Assembly (NCBI GenBank): GCA_963728405.1
Contig: CAVSJV010000002.1
Span: 128,001-192,000, forward strand
From: Methanomassiliicoccaceae archaeon
GTDB lineage: Archaea; Thermoplasmatota; Thermoplasmata; Methanomassiliicoccales; Methanomassiliicoccaceae
Length of the DNA stretch: 64,000 nt
Direction of reading: 5' to 3'
Below are positions 40,811 through 55,119 of the stretch, piece after piece (the first letter of the stretch is position 1; each line of letters begins with the position of its first letter). Below the pieces are notes generated by a model. That model saw only the letters and a list, made by a program, of their open reading frames with translations, was not told the DNA's origin and did not search any database. A program made the translations under genes and the position numbers.

Positions 40811-42265
40811 ATGTTCAACATGGTCGATCTATCGAAGAAGATGGGAAAGGACGAGCACAGGAAGCTGATGCCGAACCTCAAGGTCAGGCTGGGTGAGCTG
40901 CAACGCCAGGTCCACGAGGCGAGTCTGCCAGTGATGATCGTGTTCGAAGGGTGGGACGCCGCAAGCATGGCCTCCACTATCAATCAATTGCTCCTCCCCT
41001 TTGATCCGCGGGGTTTCTCGTATTACAATATAGGGGCCCCCGATCAGGTGGAAGAGCAGATGCCGTTCATGTGGCGGTTCTGGATGCGGACCCCCTGGAA
41101 AGGACGGATCGCCATCTTCGATCGATCATGGTACTCGCGAGCGGTGACCGAGTGCCTGGACCAGGGTAAATGTAAGGCCCCTCCCAAGGACATGATCAAA
41201 GATATTAATCGTTTTGAGAAGTTGCTTACCGACGACGGAGCGGTAATGATCAAGCTGTTCTTGCACACCAGCCACGAGGAGGACCGGAAACCGCGCTGGA
41301 AGGTCAGCGATCAGGAAGCATGTGGCCTCATCCAGGAAGACCTGGATGCCGTCAAACACTACCGTAAGCACCTCCCCTTCGTGGAGGGAATGATGGAGAA
41401 GACCGACCACCCTAATGCTCCCTGGGTCATCGTGGAGGCCGACGATCCCGAGTTTGCCGAGGTCAAGGTCATGCAGACGATCATCGATAGTCTATCCCGG
41501 TCATTGATCGCTCACGAAAAACCGAGCGAGGGAGGGCTGGGCACAACGTCCGGTCCATCGATACGCGGCAATCTGGATCTCGATGTCCGGGTGGCCGACG
41601 ATGAATATAAGGAGAGGCTGCAAAAGGACCAAGCCAAGTTGCGCGGGATCCAATGCGATCTTTATCGGAAGAAGAAACGGCTGGTGGTCGTATTTGAAGG
41701 CCGGGATGCGGCCGGGAAGGGAGGGGACATCAATCGGCTGACCCAGACCTTAAACCCCCGCACCTATGATGTCGTCCCTACCTCGGCTCCCAGCGACATG
41801 GAACTGTCGCACCATTATCTGTGGCGGTTCCACCGGAGGTTACCGCTTCCAGGCCACATAGTGATCTTCGACCGGTCCTGGTACGGCCGGGTACTGGTGG
41901 AGCGGGTCAATGAGCTGGCCCCGGAGGGGGACTGGAGAAGAGCGTTCCGAGAGATCAATGACTTTGAGAGAATGCTGGTCGAAAGTGATGCGATCGTGGT
42001 CAAGCTGTGGCTGGAAGTGGACAAGAAGACCCAGCTGCAGCGTTTCATCGAGCGGGTGGACGATCCCCACAAGGTCTGGAAGATCTCTCAGGACGACTGG
42101 GATGCCCGAGAGAAATGGGACCTCTATTCCGAAGCTATCGATGAGATGCTCCTCAGGACCTCGACCTCCTACGCTCCCTGGACCATCGTGGAATCGAACG
42201 ACAAGAACCATTCTCGTCTAAAAACTCTTAAAACGATCATAGAGGCGGCCGACAAGGGCCTCTAG
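40811..42265 (+). CDS. ppk2: Two-domain polyphosphate kinase 2 (polyphosphate:AMP phosphotransferase)
   Basis: FEGWDAA / FEGRDAAGKGG, two FDRSWY motifs. Confidence 0.9.
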   Translation: MFNMVDLSKKMGKDEHRKLMPNLKVRLGELQRQVHEASLPVMIVFEGWDAASMASTINQLLLPFDPRGFSYYNIGAPDQVEEQMPFMWRFWMRTPWKGRIAIFDRSWYSRAVTECLDQGKCKAPPKDMIKDINRFEKLLTDDGAVMIKLFLHTSHEEDRKPRWKVSDQEACGLIQEDLDAVKHYRKHLPFVEGMMEKTDHPNAPWVIVEADDPEFAEVKVMQTIIDSLSRSLIAHEKPSEGGLGTTSGPSIRGNLDLDVRVADDEYKERLQKDQAKLRGIQCDLYRKKKRLVVVFEGRDAAGKGGDINRLTQTLNPRTYDVVPTSAPSDMELSHHYLWRFHRRLPLPGHIVIFDRSWYGRVLVERVNELAPEGDWRRAFREINDFERMLVESDAIVVKLWLEVDKKTQLQRFIERVDDPHKVWKISQDDWDAREKWDLYSEAIDEMLLRTSTSYAPWTIVESNDKNHSRLKTLKTIIEAADKGL

Positions 42266-42396
42266 ATCATGTTCGCAAAATGATGATCGAAAATCGAAAT
42301 GGGAAATCCAGAATAATTTTTATCTAATTATAGGATGAAGAATCAATATATAGATGAACCCTAATTATGCCCCAAACCTGAAAGAGGGTTCTGATT

Positions 42397-44568
42397 ATGC
42401 AAATCGATGCCTGGGTATATCTAATACCATTTGCGGGCGCAATCGGTCTGCTCGTCGCATACCTCCTGACTCGTAACATATTCAGGAAGGACACCGGCAC
42501 CCCTGCGATGGAAGCCATCGGGGATGCCATCCGCGAAGGAGCAATGGCCTATCTAGCTCGCCAATACAAGACGATAGCTGTAATTAGCGTCATTCTTGGA
42601 ATAGTGATCGCAATTGGAATAAGATGGGAAGTCGGCATTGCCTTCTTGCTTGGTGCTTTCTTCTCCGCTCTGTCCGGTTATATCGGAATGTATGTGTCCG
42701 TAAGGACCAACATCCGGACCGCCAGCGCTGCGAGAAGGAACCTCAATGAAGCGCTCCAGACCTCCTTCCGCGGCGGTGCCGTTTCCGGTATCTCCGTGGT
42801 CACCCTGAGCCTACTCGGCGTCGCGGGCATTTTCTTCCTGTATGCACTGTTCATTGTTCCTACCCCCGACCCTGCCAGCATTCCCACCGGTTACACCGTG
42901 GACTCCTGGCAGGTCGTGGAGACCCTGAACTTGGTGGTCGGTTACGCCTTCGGTGCCTCCTTCGCTGCGCTTTTCGCCCAGCTGGGTGGCGGTATCTACA
43001 CCAAGGCCGCCGACGTGGGTGCTGACCTCGTCGGTAAGGTCGAGGCCGGTATCCCCGAGGATGACCCCCGCAACCCTGCGGTCATCGCTGACCTGGTCGG
43101 CGACAATGTGGGTGACTGCGCCGGCCGTGGTGCCGACCTGTTCGAGTCCACAGCAGCGGAGAACATCGGTGCCATGATCCTTGGTGCCGCCATCTTTGGC
43201 CTCACTGGCCGGATCGAGTGGGTGTTCTTCCCGCTGGTCGTTCGTGCCTTCGGTCTGCTGGCATCTCTCATCGGTATCATGATGGTGAAGCTGAGGAACG
43301 AGGACGAGGAGCCCATGAAGGCCCTCAACCGCGGCTACTATGTGTCCGCCATTCTCGGCGCCATAGGCTTCTACATCATCACCGAGTCCATGTTGCATGC
43401 CTGGCAGTTCTTTGCCTGCGGCCTTATCGGTATCGTCCTATCGATCGTCATCGTGTACATCACCCAATACTACACAGCTGGCGAGTACAGGCCGGTGCGT
43501 GAGATCGCCAAGGCCTCCGAGACCGGACCAGCAACCAACATCATCACCGGTTTCTCCATCGGACTGGAGACCACCGCCGCCCCGATCGTCGCCATCGGTA
43601 TCTCCCTCCTGGCCGCCTACGCCCTGGGTCAGGATGCAGCCAACTCCATAATGGGTGCTGGTGTTACCGGCAATGATCAGTTCGTCTTCGGTCTGTTCGG
43701 GACCGCCGTGGCCACTATGGGTATGCTGGCCACCGCCGCCTTCGTGCTGGCCATGGACACCTTTGGTCCGATCACCGACAACGCTGGTGGCATCTGCGAG
43801 ATGTCCAATCAGCCCGAGGACATCCGCCGCAGGACCGACAAGCTTGATGCTGTCGGAAACACCACTAAGGCTCTTACCAAGGGATATGCCATGGGTTCGG
43901 CGGCACTGGCCGCCTTCCTCTTGTTCGCTGCCTTCTTCCAAGAGGTCGCGGTCAAGCAGGATAAGCCGCTCATCGACGTCTTCCAGGTAAACATCGCCAA
44001 TCCGCCAGTTTTCGTCGCCGGTCTGGTCGGCGCCATGCTGGTCTTCCTGTTCGCATCCCTGGCCATTCGCGCCGTGGGCAAAGCTGCCTACGACATGATC
44101 AACGAGGTCAGGAGGCAGTTCAGGGAGCACCCCGGCATCCTCGCGGGAACCGAAAAGCCCGACTACGCTCTATGTGTTGACATCTCGACCAAGGGCGCCC
44201 TGAAGGCTATGATCCTGCCCGGCATCCTGCCGGTCGTGGTCCCGGTGGCTCTCGGCCTGACAATGCGTTATGTCTACCCCGGTGACACTGCGGTCCAGGC
44301 CGTCGGCGCATTCCTGATGATCGCCACCATCGCCGGTATCCTTATGGCCACTGTGCTGAACAATGGCGGAGGGGCCTGGGACAACGCCAAGAAATACATC
44401 GAGACCGGACACCACGGTGGAAAGAAGAGCCCTGCTCACGCCGCCGCGGTCGTTGGTGACACCGTCGGTGACCCCTTCAAGGACACCGCCGGTCCGTCCC
44501 TGCACGTGCTGGTGAAGCTGCTCTCCACCATCACCCTGGTCTTCGCCGGGTTGTTCATCATCGTATAG
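42397..44568 (+). CDS. hppA: Membrane-bound pyrophosphatase, predicted K+-independent H+-translocating type
   Basis: GGGIYTKAADVGADLVGKVEAGIPEDDPRN; GNTTKA (Lys at the K+-dependence determinant). Confidence 0.95.
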   Translation: MQIDAWVYLIPFAGAIGLLVAYLLTRNIFRKDTGTPAMEAIGDAIREGAMAYLARQYKTIAVISVILGIVIAIGIRWEVGIAFLLGAFFSALSGYIGMYVSVRTNIRTASAARRNLNEALQTSFRGGAVSGISVVTLSLLGVAGIFFLYALFIVPTPDPASIPTGYTVDSWQVVETLNLVVGYAFGASFAALFAQLGGGIYTKAADVGADLVGKVEAGIPEDDPRNPAVIADLVGDNVGDCAGRGADLFESTAAENIGAMILGAAIFGLTGRIEWVFFPLVVRAFGLLASLIGIMMVKLRNEDEEPMKALNRGYYVSAILGAIGFYIITESMLHAWQFFACGLIGIVLSIVIVYITQYYTAGEYRPVREIAKASETGPATNIITGFSIGLETTAAPIVAIGISLLAAYALGQDAANSIMGAGVTGNDQFVFGLFGTAVATMGMLATAAFVLAMDTFGPITDNAGGICEMSNQPEDIRRRTDKLDAVGNTTKALTKGYAMGSAALAAFLLFAAFFQEVAVKQDKPLIDVFQVNIANPPVFVAGLVGAMLVFLFASLAIRAVGKAAYDMINEVRRQFREHPGILAGTEKPDYALCVDISTKGALKAMILPGILPVVVPVALGLTMRYVYPGDTAVQAVGAFLMIATIAGILMATVLNNGGGAWDNAKKYIETGHHGGKKSPAHAAAVVGDTVGDPFKDTAGPSLHVLVKLLSTITLVFAGLFIIV

Positions 44569-44689
44569 ATGATTGAACCCAAACCTCTTCCTTTTCCTTT
44601 TATCCAGTATCACTTTTTGGCGTTTGGGCACTAAGCCTATGTTTAAATAACAGATGACTTATCCACAATTATCGTTCAGAGGCCACGCT

Positions 44690-45256
44690 ATGTATATATT
44701 GACAACGAAGGAGAAGGTCGTACGCATCCCGCCGGAACGGCTGGGCGAGGACCTTACTGACGTTATTAACCAGCTGAGCTGGGAGTCCTTCGAGGGTAAG
44801 ATCGAAGGTTCCGACTCGCTGACCGTTCTGGTATCACACGTCGAACCGGTAGGACAGGGTCGAATAGTGCACGGGGACGGAGCCATCTATCAGAATGTCA
44901 AGTTCGACAGTTTGATATTCCGCCCGGTGCTCCAAGAGGTCATCGAGGGGACCGTCGTGGAGGTTCTGAAGTTCGGTGCCTTCGTCCGCTTTGGACCGTT
45001 GGACGGGCTGCTACACATCAGCCAGATAATGGACGACCGCATCGACGTTGACTCAGACAACGGCCGCCTGATTGGAAAGGATACCAAGCGTGACCTTAAG
45101 GTCGGTGACAAGGTCCACGCTCGCATTGTGGCCCTAAGCCTGAACGAAAGGAGCCCTCGCGAGTCTAAGATCGGCCTGACCATGAGGCAGCCGGGCCTCG
45201 GAAAGGTCGAGTGGATCGAGGAGGATCACAAGAAGACCAGCGGTGGTGCCGCATGA
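44690..45256 (+). CDS. rpo7: RNA polymerase subunit Rpo7 (E')
   Basis: VRIPP, GDGA, GPLDGLLHISQI, KIGLTMRQPGLG. Confidence 0.95.
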   Translation: MYILTTKEKVVRIPPERLGEDLTDVINQLSWESFEGKIEGSDSLTVLVSHVEPVGQGRIVHGDGAIYQNVKFDSLIFRPVLQEVIEGTVVEVLKFGAFVRFGPLDGLLHISQIMDDRIDVDSDNGRLIGKDTKRDLKVGDKVHARIVALSLNERSPRESKIGLTMRQPGLGKVEWIEEDHKKTSGGAA

Positions 45257-45438
45257 AGATACAGAAAGCGTGCAAGCACTGCAGCTTCATTACTGAAGAG
45301 GACACCTGCCCGCTGTGCAGCAACCAGACCTCCAAGGACTGGCAAGGTTACGTTATAATCGTGGACCACACCCGGTCGGAGATCGCGCAACGGATGGGAA
45401 TACATGTCAACGGAAAGTTCGCCCTCAAGGTGCGCTGA
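45253..45438 (+). CDS. spt4: Transcription elongation factor Spt4 (RpoE'')
   Basis: KACKHC, CPLC, WQGYVII, GKFALKVR. Confidence 0.93.
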   Translation: MKIQKACKHCSFITEEDTCPLCSNQTSKDWQGYVIIVDHTRSEIAQRMGIHVNGKFALKVR

Positions 45439-45961
45439 ACTACGGTGCCCCCGTAGGGGATGGTCGCTACCAAATGATATGAGGGTGCAGCTGGCGACCG
45501 GTCTCGGACGGCTGGTGGGTCTCGATGACCTTCCGTCCGAACTGGAAGGATGCCAGCTACTCATGGCTGTTGGTGATATGGTCTCTTTTACTCTGCTGGA
45601 TAACGGCTTCGAACCGAACCTGGTCGTCTACGACCTCATGACTGAGCGCAGGCTCTATACCTCTCTTAAAGCCAAGCTCAAGGATATGGGGGGCATCGAC
45701 GTCAAGGTTACCAATCCCGCAGGGCAGATAACCGCGGAGCTCGTGCAGGAGATCGCGCGAGCAATTAATAGAGATGTTCCAACCAAATTGCAGGTCGAGG
45801 GAGAAGAGGACCTGGCCGCTCTGGCCTGCGCGGCGATGGCCCCCCTCGGTTCCTGCCTGATGTATGGGGTGCCCGGCAAGGGGATGGCCCTGCTCAGGAT
45901 AGATCAGGAAGCCGCAGGTCGAGCCAGATCGATGATATATTCTATGGAGGAATTGAATTGA
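45404..45961 (+). CDS. GTP-dependent dephospho-CoA kinase (DUF359); start uncertain
   Basis: VGDMVS, NPAGQIT, VEGEEDL, YGVPGKG; conserved gene order. Confidence 0.85.
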   Translation: MSTESSPSRCAELRCPRRGWSLPNDMRVQLATGLGRLVGLDDLPSELEGCQLLMAVGDMVSFTLLDNGFEPNLVVYDLMTERRLYTSLKAKLKDMGGIDVKVTNPAGQITAELVQEIARAINRDVPTKLQVEGEEDLAALACAAMAPLGSCLMYGVPGKGMALLRIDQEAAGRARSMIYSMEELN

Positions 45962-46299
45962 AGCTAGAAATCGTCAACAAGACTGAGAATAAGCTCATGG
46001 ACAGGGTCGATGTCAATTTCAAGACCGAGCACGTCGGCGAAGGGACTCCCAACCGCGATTCCGTAAGGGTCGCTTTGGCCAGTGCTATGGGCGTTCAAAA
46101 GGACCGGATCGTTGTCTCGGACATGGCGTCCGAGTACGGCAAGGGCGCCAGCGACGGCTACGCGAAGGTCTATACTTCCGCCGAGAGCGCCAAGAAGCAC
46201 GAGAAGAACTATCTGTTGGTCCGCAACGGACTAGCTGAGAAGAAGGTTAAGAAGGCGGCGCCCGTTGCGGCGCCCAAGAAGAAGAGGAAGAGCAACTGA
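45958..46299 (+). CDS. rps24e: 30S ribosomal protein eS24
   Basis: ENKLMDR, TPNR, GYAKVY, RNGL. Confidence 0.93.
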   Translation: MKLEIVNKTENKLMDRVDVNFKTEHVGEGTPNRDSVRVALASAMGVQKDRIVVSDMASEYGKGASDGYAKVYTSAESAKKHEKNYLLVRNGLAEKKVKKAAPVAAPKKKRKSN

Positions 46300-46309
46300 G
46301 GTGACCTAG

Positions 46310-46579
46310 ATGGCGAAGGATGTGAAGGCCGCAGCGGCCCCGGCAGACAAGAAGCCCGAAGAGAAGAAAGACAACAAGCCCAAGCCCGCCGCCGCCAAGA
46401 AGGGCCCAGCGAAGAAGGAGGCTGCGGCCAAGAAGGATTACTATGCCGTTTCAGGCTCCAAGATCGAGCGGAAGAGGCGCAACTGCCCCAAGTGTGGCCC
46501 CGGCGTCTTCCTAGCGGAGCACAAGGACCGCAACGCTTGCGGCAAGTGCGGCTACACCGAGTTCAAGAACAAAAAGTAA
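46310..46579 (+). CDS. rps27ae: 30S ribosomal protein eS31 (S27ae) with Lys/Ala-rich N-terminal extension
   Basis: [27 protein letters not shown]. Confidence 0.93.
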   Translation: MAKDVKAAAAPADKKPEEKKDNKPKPAAAKKGPAKKEAAAKKDYYAVSGSKIERKRRNCPKCGPGVFLAEHKDRNACGKCGYTEFKNKK

Positions 46580-46658
46580 ATCCTTTCCATAATCTCTTCC
46601 ATTTCTTCCTTTTCTATCTAAATTAAGTACCACCATTCCATCACCCTCCGGTCACAAA

Positions 46659-47486
46659 ATGAGTTTTGGTTTCATCGGTTACGGTAACATGGGCAGCGCC
46701 GTCGTCCGGGCACTGCTAAAGGATGGCTCCATGGGCCAGGGTGAGGTCATCGTGTTCAACCGCTCCAGTGAGCGCCTTATGACTCTTACTCAACCATATC
46801 CGGGAGTGACCATAGCCGCTTCCCCTCACGAAGTGGCCGCCTCCAGTGATACGCTATTTCTTTGTGTAAGGAGCGGGGCGGTCCATAGTATCATGGGGGA
46901 GATCGCTCCATCGCTATCTCCCCGTACCCATCTGGTCACTATTAACGGGGGAGTGCAGATCTCGAACCTGGAAAGAGCATTCCCTGGGGCGGTCAGTAAG
47001 GTCATTCCATCCATGACCATTGAGACGGGCAGGGGCGTGACCCTGATGTGCCATAATGGGAAGGTGACCAGCGACCAGAGAGCCGCGCTCTCCGCTCTTT
47101 TTGGCCGTTCCAGCTTGGTAAGAGAAGTGAAGGAGGAGCAGTTCGAGGCCGCTTCGGACCTGACCAGTTGTGCTCCCGGGCTGTTGGCGGAAATCATGCT
47201 AAAGTTCGCCGAGGGCGGAGCCAGAGCAGGCAAGCTATCGAAGGAAGCGACCCTGGAAATGGTGCTTGAGACGATGATGGGCACGGCCATTCTGCTGACG
47301 GACCGGGGCATGGACCCCGAGGAGCTGAAGGCCCAGGTAGCCACCAAGGGCGGGATCACAGAGCAAGGGCTCAAGGTCTTGGCCAGTGAGCTGCCACAGG
47401 TGTATGATCAGGTCTTCCGAGCAACCCTCAACAAGCACGCCGAAGTAAAGCAGGCCATCACCGACGATTTCGACCGGGGCTGCTAG
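46659..47486 (+). CDS. proC: Pyrroline-5-carboxylate reductase (ProC/ComER-like)
   Basis: GFIGYGNMG, LTSCAPG, VATKGGIT. Confidence 0.85.
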   Translation: MSFGFIGYGNMGSAVVRALLKDGSMGQGEVIVFNRSSERLMTLTQPYPGVTIAASPHEVAASSDTLFLCVRSGAVHSIMGEIAPSLSPRTHLVTINGGVQISNLERAFPGAVSKVIPSMTIETGRGVTLMCHNGKVTSDQRAALSALFGRSSLVREVKEEQFEAASDLTSCAPGLLAEIMLKFAEGGARAGKLSKEATLEMVLETMMGTAILLTDRGMDPEELKAQVATKGGITEQGLKVLASELPQVYDQVFRATLNKHAEVKQAITDDFDRGC

Positions 47487-47543
47487 ATTCATCGCGAGAC
47501 TGCTGCCATCATCTTTATTACTACCTTTTCCATCAGAGACCTG

Positions 47544-47641
47544 GGACTCGTAGTGTAGCTTGGATATCACTGGGGCCTCCGGTGGACCATATCACGGTCC
47601 AGGGAAAGCCTCGAACGGGGGTTCGAATCCCCCCGGGTCCG
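47544..47641 (+). tRNA. tRNA-Arg(CCG) with ~24-nt intron (about 47583-47606)
   Basis: Acceptor GGACTCG/CGGGTCC; anticodon stem GGGGC/GCCTC around CT-CCG-G^A; intron hairpin TGGACC..GGTCCA; GGTTCGAATCC. Confidence 0.88.
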
Positions 47642-47942
47642 CCTTCCATTTTTCAGTTCTTATGGCAGAAGACAGGGCCAGCTTGACAAACCTCCTTTCT
47701 TTCTTTTTGATATGCTTCGACATCAAAAGAAACCAACGTCCGGTCCACCGACATAACTAAAAACTTTCGCCCGTGAGGGGTACGAGCGAGATCATTCACA
47801 ATGGGAGTGAGTGCAGTTCCGGTGCCCGAGGTGCAGGTCGTGGGGTTCGTCAACCTACTCGGGGTGAAATGCCTCGACAGATCTGGCGTGTGATCTCACG
47901 GCGTTTTGGGGTACACCTTAAAAAGGGGAAATGAAAAAGGGT

Positions 47943-50183
<2,241 letters not shown>

Positions 50184-50792
50184 TCATCTGAGGAACAAGA
50201 AGATGGTCCGGTACCCTATCGATACCAGACATGTGGCGGTTTGCTCTCAAACCCCAGCAGATCGGAAAGAAATTCATTCACCAAGTTCGAACATTATTTG
50301 ACACGAAGGTGAGCTCGATCGATCTCCACGGGTGATCAATTTTTCAATATGGCAATCTGAACAACTGGGAGGGACCTCAGATGCTTCGCAACCATCTCGG
50401 CGAGGATGAGTAAAAGTGAGATGCTGGAGCCTATATGCCCGCCCCTCGGAAATGGGGGTGGGCGAACCACCTCTTTCGCCCACAGCGGAAGGCCTGCTTG
50501 AGAATATACTTCAAAGAGGGGAGAGCATAACTGCCGATCGCATCGCGGGGGCGGTCATATTGACTAGAATATTGCAGACATCGAAGCGCTATGCCGAGGT
50601 GAAGAAGGTGCACATTCACTCCCCGAGCATTGCGCGTAGCTCGACAAGCGATATATACTCAAGCGGGTGCAGAAGTCCGAGGCCGCCGAGCTGGGCCTAG
50701 TGCTGCTGATGTCCCCGCCAATCAACGAGATCATAGCCTCAAAGCTTTTCCAAAAGGTTTCCGAAGTGGCTCAACAGCATTTATTTACTTAT

Positions 50793-51239
50793 TCACTCAG
50801 GACCCTTCCTAATTACTAAAACGGGGCAGGCCGCGAACCTGACCACCTTCTCGGCCACGCTGCCGATCAGAAAGTGGGCGACACCCGTGCGGCCCTTGGT
50901 GGCCATAACGATTAGGTCGTGCTTTTTGGACTCTTCGATGATGTCGTACGCCGGGCTCCCTCTCTTTACAATCGTCGTTGCCCTCACCCCCATTTCTTTT
51001 GCCAATTTGAGGGCGGCCTCCGCCGCTGCATCCGCTGCCCCTTGCTGATAAGCATACTGGTCGGGGATTCCTATCCCCTGTTGTATGCTGATGGGCGCCC
51101 GCATATCCACAATGCTGATGATTGTGACGTCCGCGTTCAGGCGTTTGGCCATGTCCAGACCAGAAGAGACCGCGGTTTGGGCACTCGCGCTCCCGTCAGT
51201 GGGGATGAGGATCTTCCGGTACCATCTCATTTGCATCAC
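50793..51239 (-). CDS. Universal stress protein
   Basis: ILIPTDGS, DLIVMATKGRTG, GSVAEKVVR..CPVL. Confidence 0.92.
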   Translation of the reverse strand: MMQMRWYRKILIPTDGSASAQTAVSSGLDMAKRLNADVTIISIVDMRAPISIQQGIGIPDQYAYQQGAADAAAEAALKLAKEMGVRATTIVKRGSPAYDIIEESKKHDLIVMATKGRTGVAHFLIGSVAEKVVRFAACPVLVIRKGPE

Positions 51240-51302
51240 GCTAGAATATTGCTAGGTAGATAATCATCTAGAGCATAAAAATTGAAAGGGTTTTAAGGGG
51301 TT

Positions 51303-53640
<2,338 letters not shown>

Positions 53641-53647
53641 AGGAACC

Positions 53648-53662
53648 GACTGACCGTCAGTC
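53648..53662. promoter_or_regulatory. Putative TetR operator
   Basis: Perfect inverted repeat GACTGAC-C-GTCAGTC between the AT-rich promoter and the tetR ATG. Confidence 0.65.
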
Positions 53663-53955
53663 AATAAATACTTAATATTTAACTATTTCGGCTTTAAATA
53701 TATTTATTTGGATTGCGTCATAAGGGAATCTATTGTCTTGCCAGTGTAACAGAAAATGTCTCGACGCAGTCTCGATCTTTACCGGTCGGGAGCTCCTGAG
53801 TAGATCGGGTTGATTCGAGAGTGGAAGATCATGTTCGTTGGCTGTTCAAATTATCCACGCGTTCCGCCCTGAAATATCGAGTAAAGGTCGAAAGTAAGAA
53901 CCTTTACATTTTTGCGTAAGAGTTTTATCAGACCATGGCCTAGTGGCGGGCGACC

Positions 53956-55119
53956 ATGTTCCTTACCAAGGATGAGGAAGCGATGCTGGCCGGGGAGAAG
54001 GGCGAAGGCGTTAGGACGGCGATGGAGCTGCTGGTAGCCTTGGGCGATATATACGAGGCCAAGAGGTTGGTCCCGATATCATCGGCCCATCTGGCCGGGG
54101 TCTCATACAAGACCATCGGTGAAGGGGGCATCGAGTTCCTCGAGCGGCTGTCCAGGGATGCAAAGATCCGTGTACCCACAACCCTGAATCCTTGTGGAAT
54201 GGACCGTCAACGGTGGAAGGAGATGGGCATATCGCCCCACTTCGCCGACCGCCAACTGCATATTATCGATTGCTACGAACGTCTCGGTGTCAATACCGAC
54301 TGCTCCTGCACCCCGTATCTCAGCACCAACATCCCCAAGAAGGGGGATTCCTTGGCCTGGGCCGAATCCAACGCACTGTCATTTGCCAACTCGGTGATCG
54401 GGGCAAGGACCAACCGGGAGGGAGGACCAGGAGCGTTGGCCGCTGCCATCGTTGGCCGCACCCCGGAGTACGGTCTTCATCTGGACGAGAACCGCGCGCC
54501 GACGGTGGTCATCGATGTTGAACTGGAGCGTGTGGACTACTCACTTCTTGGCCAGGCGGTCGGGACGGTCGTCGGCAACAGGGTTCCATACTTCCGAGGC
54601 ATCCGTCCGACGATCGATCAGCTGAAAACCCTTGCCGCGGCCATGGCCGCAGCGGGCTCGGTCGGTCTGTTCCATGTAGAAGGCATCACCCCAGAGGCTG
54701 TTGGCCGCGACCTCCGTAGTCTGGAGCGGGTGAGCATTGGCAAGGGTGAGCTTGAAGCAGCCAGGAACAAGCTCGACACCGGAAAGGACCCCGAGCTGAT
54801 CACCCTGGGCTGCCCCCATCTGTCGGTCGAGGAGATCAGGGAACTCGCCGCCAAATTGAAAGGAAGAACGAGGAAGGGCGAGGCGGAGGTATGGTTCTGT
54901 ACCTCTCGATGCACCGCATCCAAATGCCCCCATGAGCTGGAGACGCTCGCCCGATTTGGCAAGGTCGTTTGCGATACCTGCATGGTGGTCACCCCTATCG
55001 AAGAGCGGTTCTCCACAACCGCCACCAATTCCGGGAAGGCATGCAACTATCTACCGACCTTGTGCAAACAGAAGGTCGTGTACCGTACCACCGACGGATT
55101 GCTGGAGATGATATCGTGA
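53956..55119 (+). CDS. Aconitase X large subunit (phosphomevalonate dehydratase L)
   Basis: AHLAGVSY, CSCTPY, WAESNA, RTNREGG, LGCPH, DTCMVV, TNSGKA. Confidence 0.9.
   Translation: MFLTKDEEAMLAGEKGEGVRTAMELLVALGDIYEAKRLVPISSAHLAGVSYKTIGEGGIEFLERLSRDAKIRVPTTLNPCGMDRQRWKEMGISPHFADRQLHIIDCYERLGVNTDCSCTPYLSTNIPKKGDSLAWAESNALSFANSVIGARTNREGGPGALAAAIVGRTPEYGLHLDENRAPTVVIDVELERVDYSLLGQAVGTVVGNRVPYFRGIRPTIDQLKTLAAAMAAAGSVGLFHVEGITPEAVGRDLRSLERVSIGKGELEAARNKLDTGKDPELITLGCPHLSVEEIRELAAKLKGRTRKGEAEVWFCTSRCTASKCPHELETLARFGKVVCDTCMVVTPIEERFSTTATNSGKACNYLPTLCKQKVVYRTTDGLLEMIS

Noticed and set aside
42678-44631. Long antisense ORFs within hppA (and similar shadows in trpB2, hdrA, ade, katG, ileS)
   Set aside because: Typical shadow ORFs of GC-rich coding sequence with no protein motifs.
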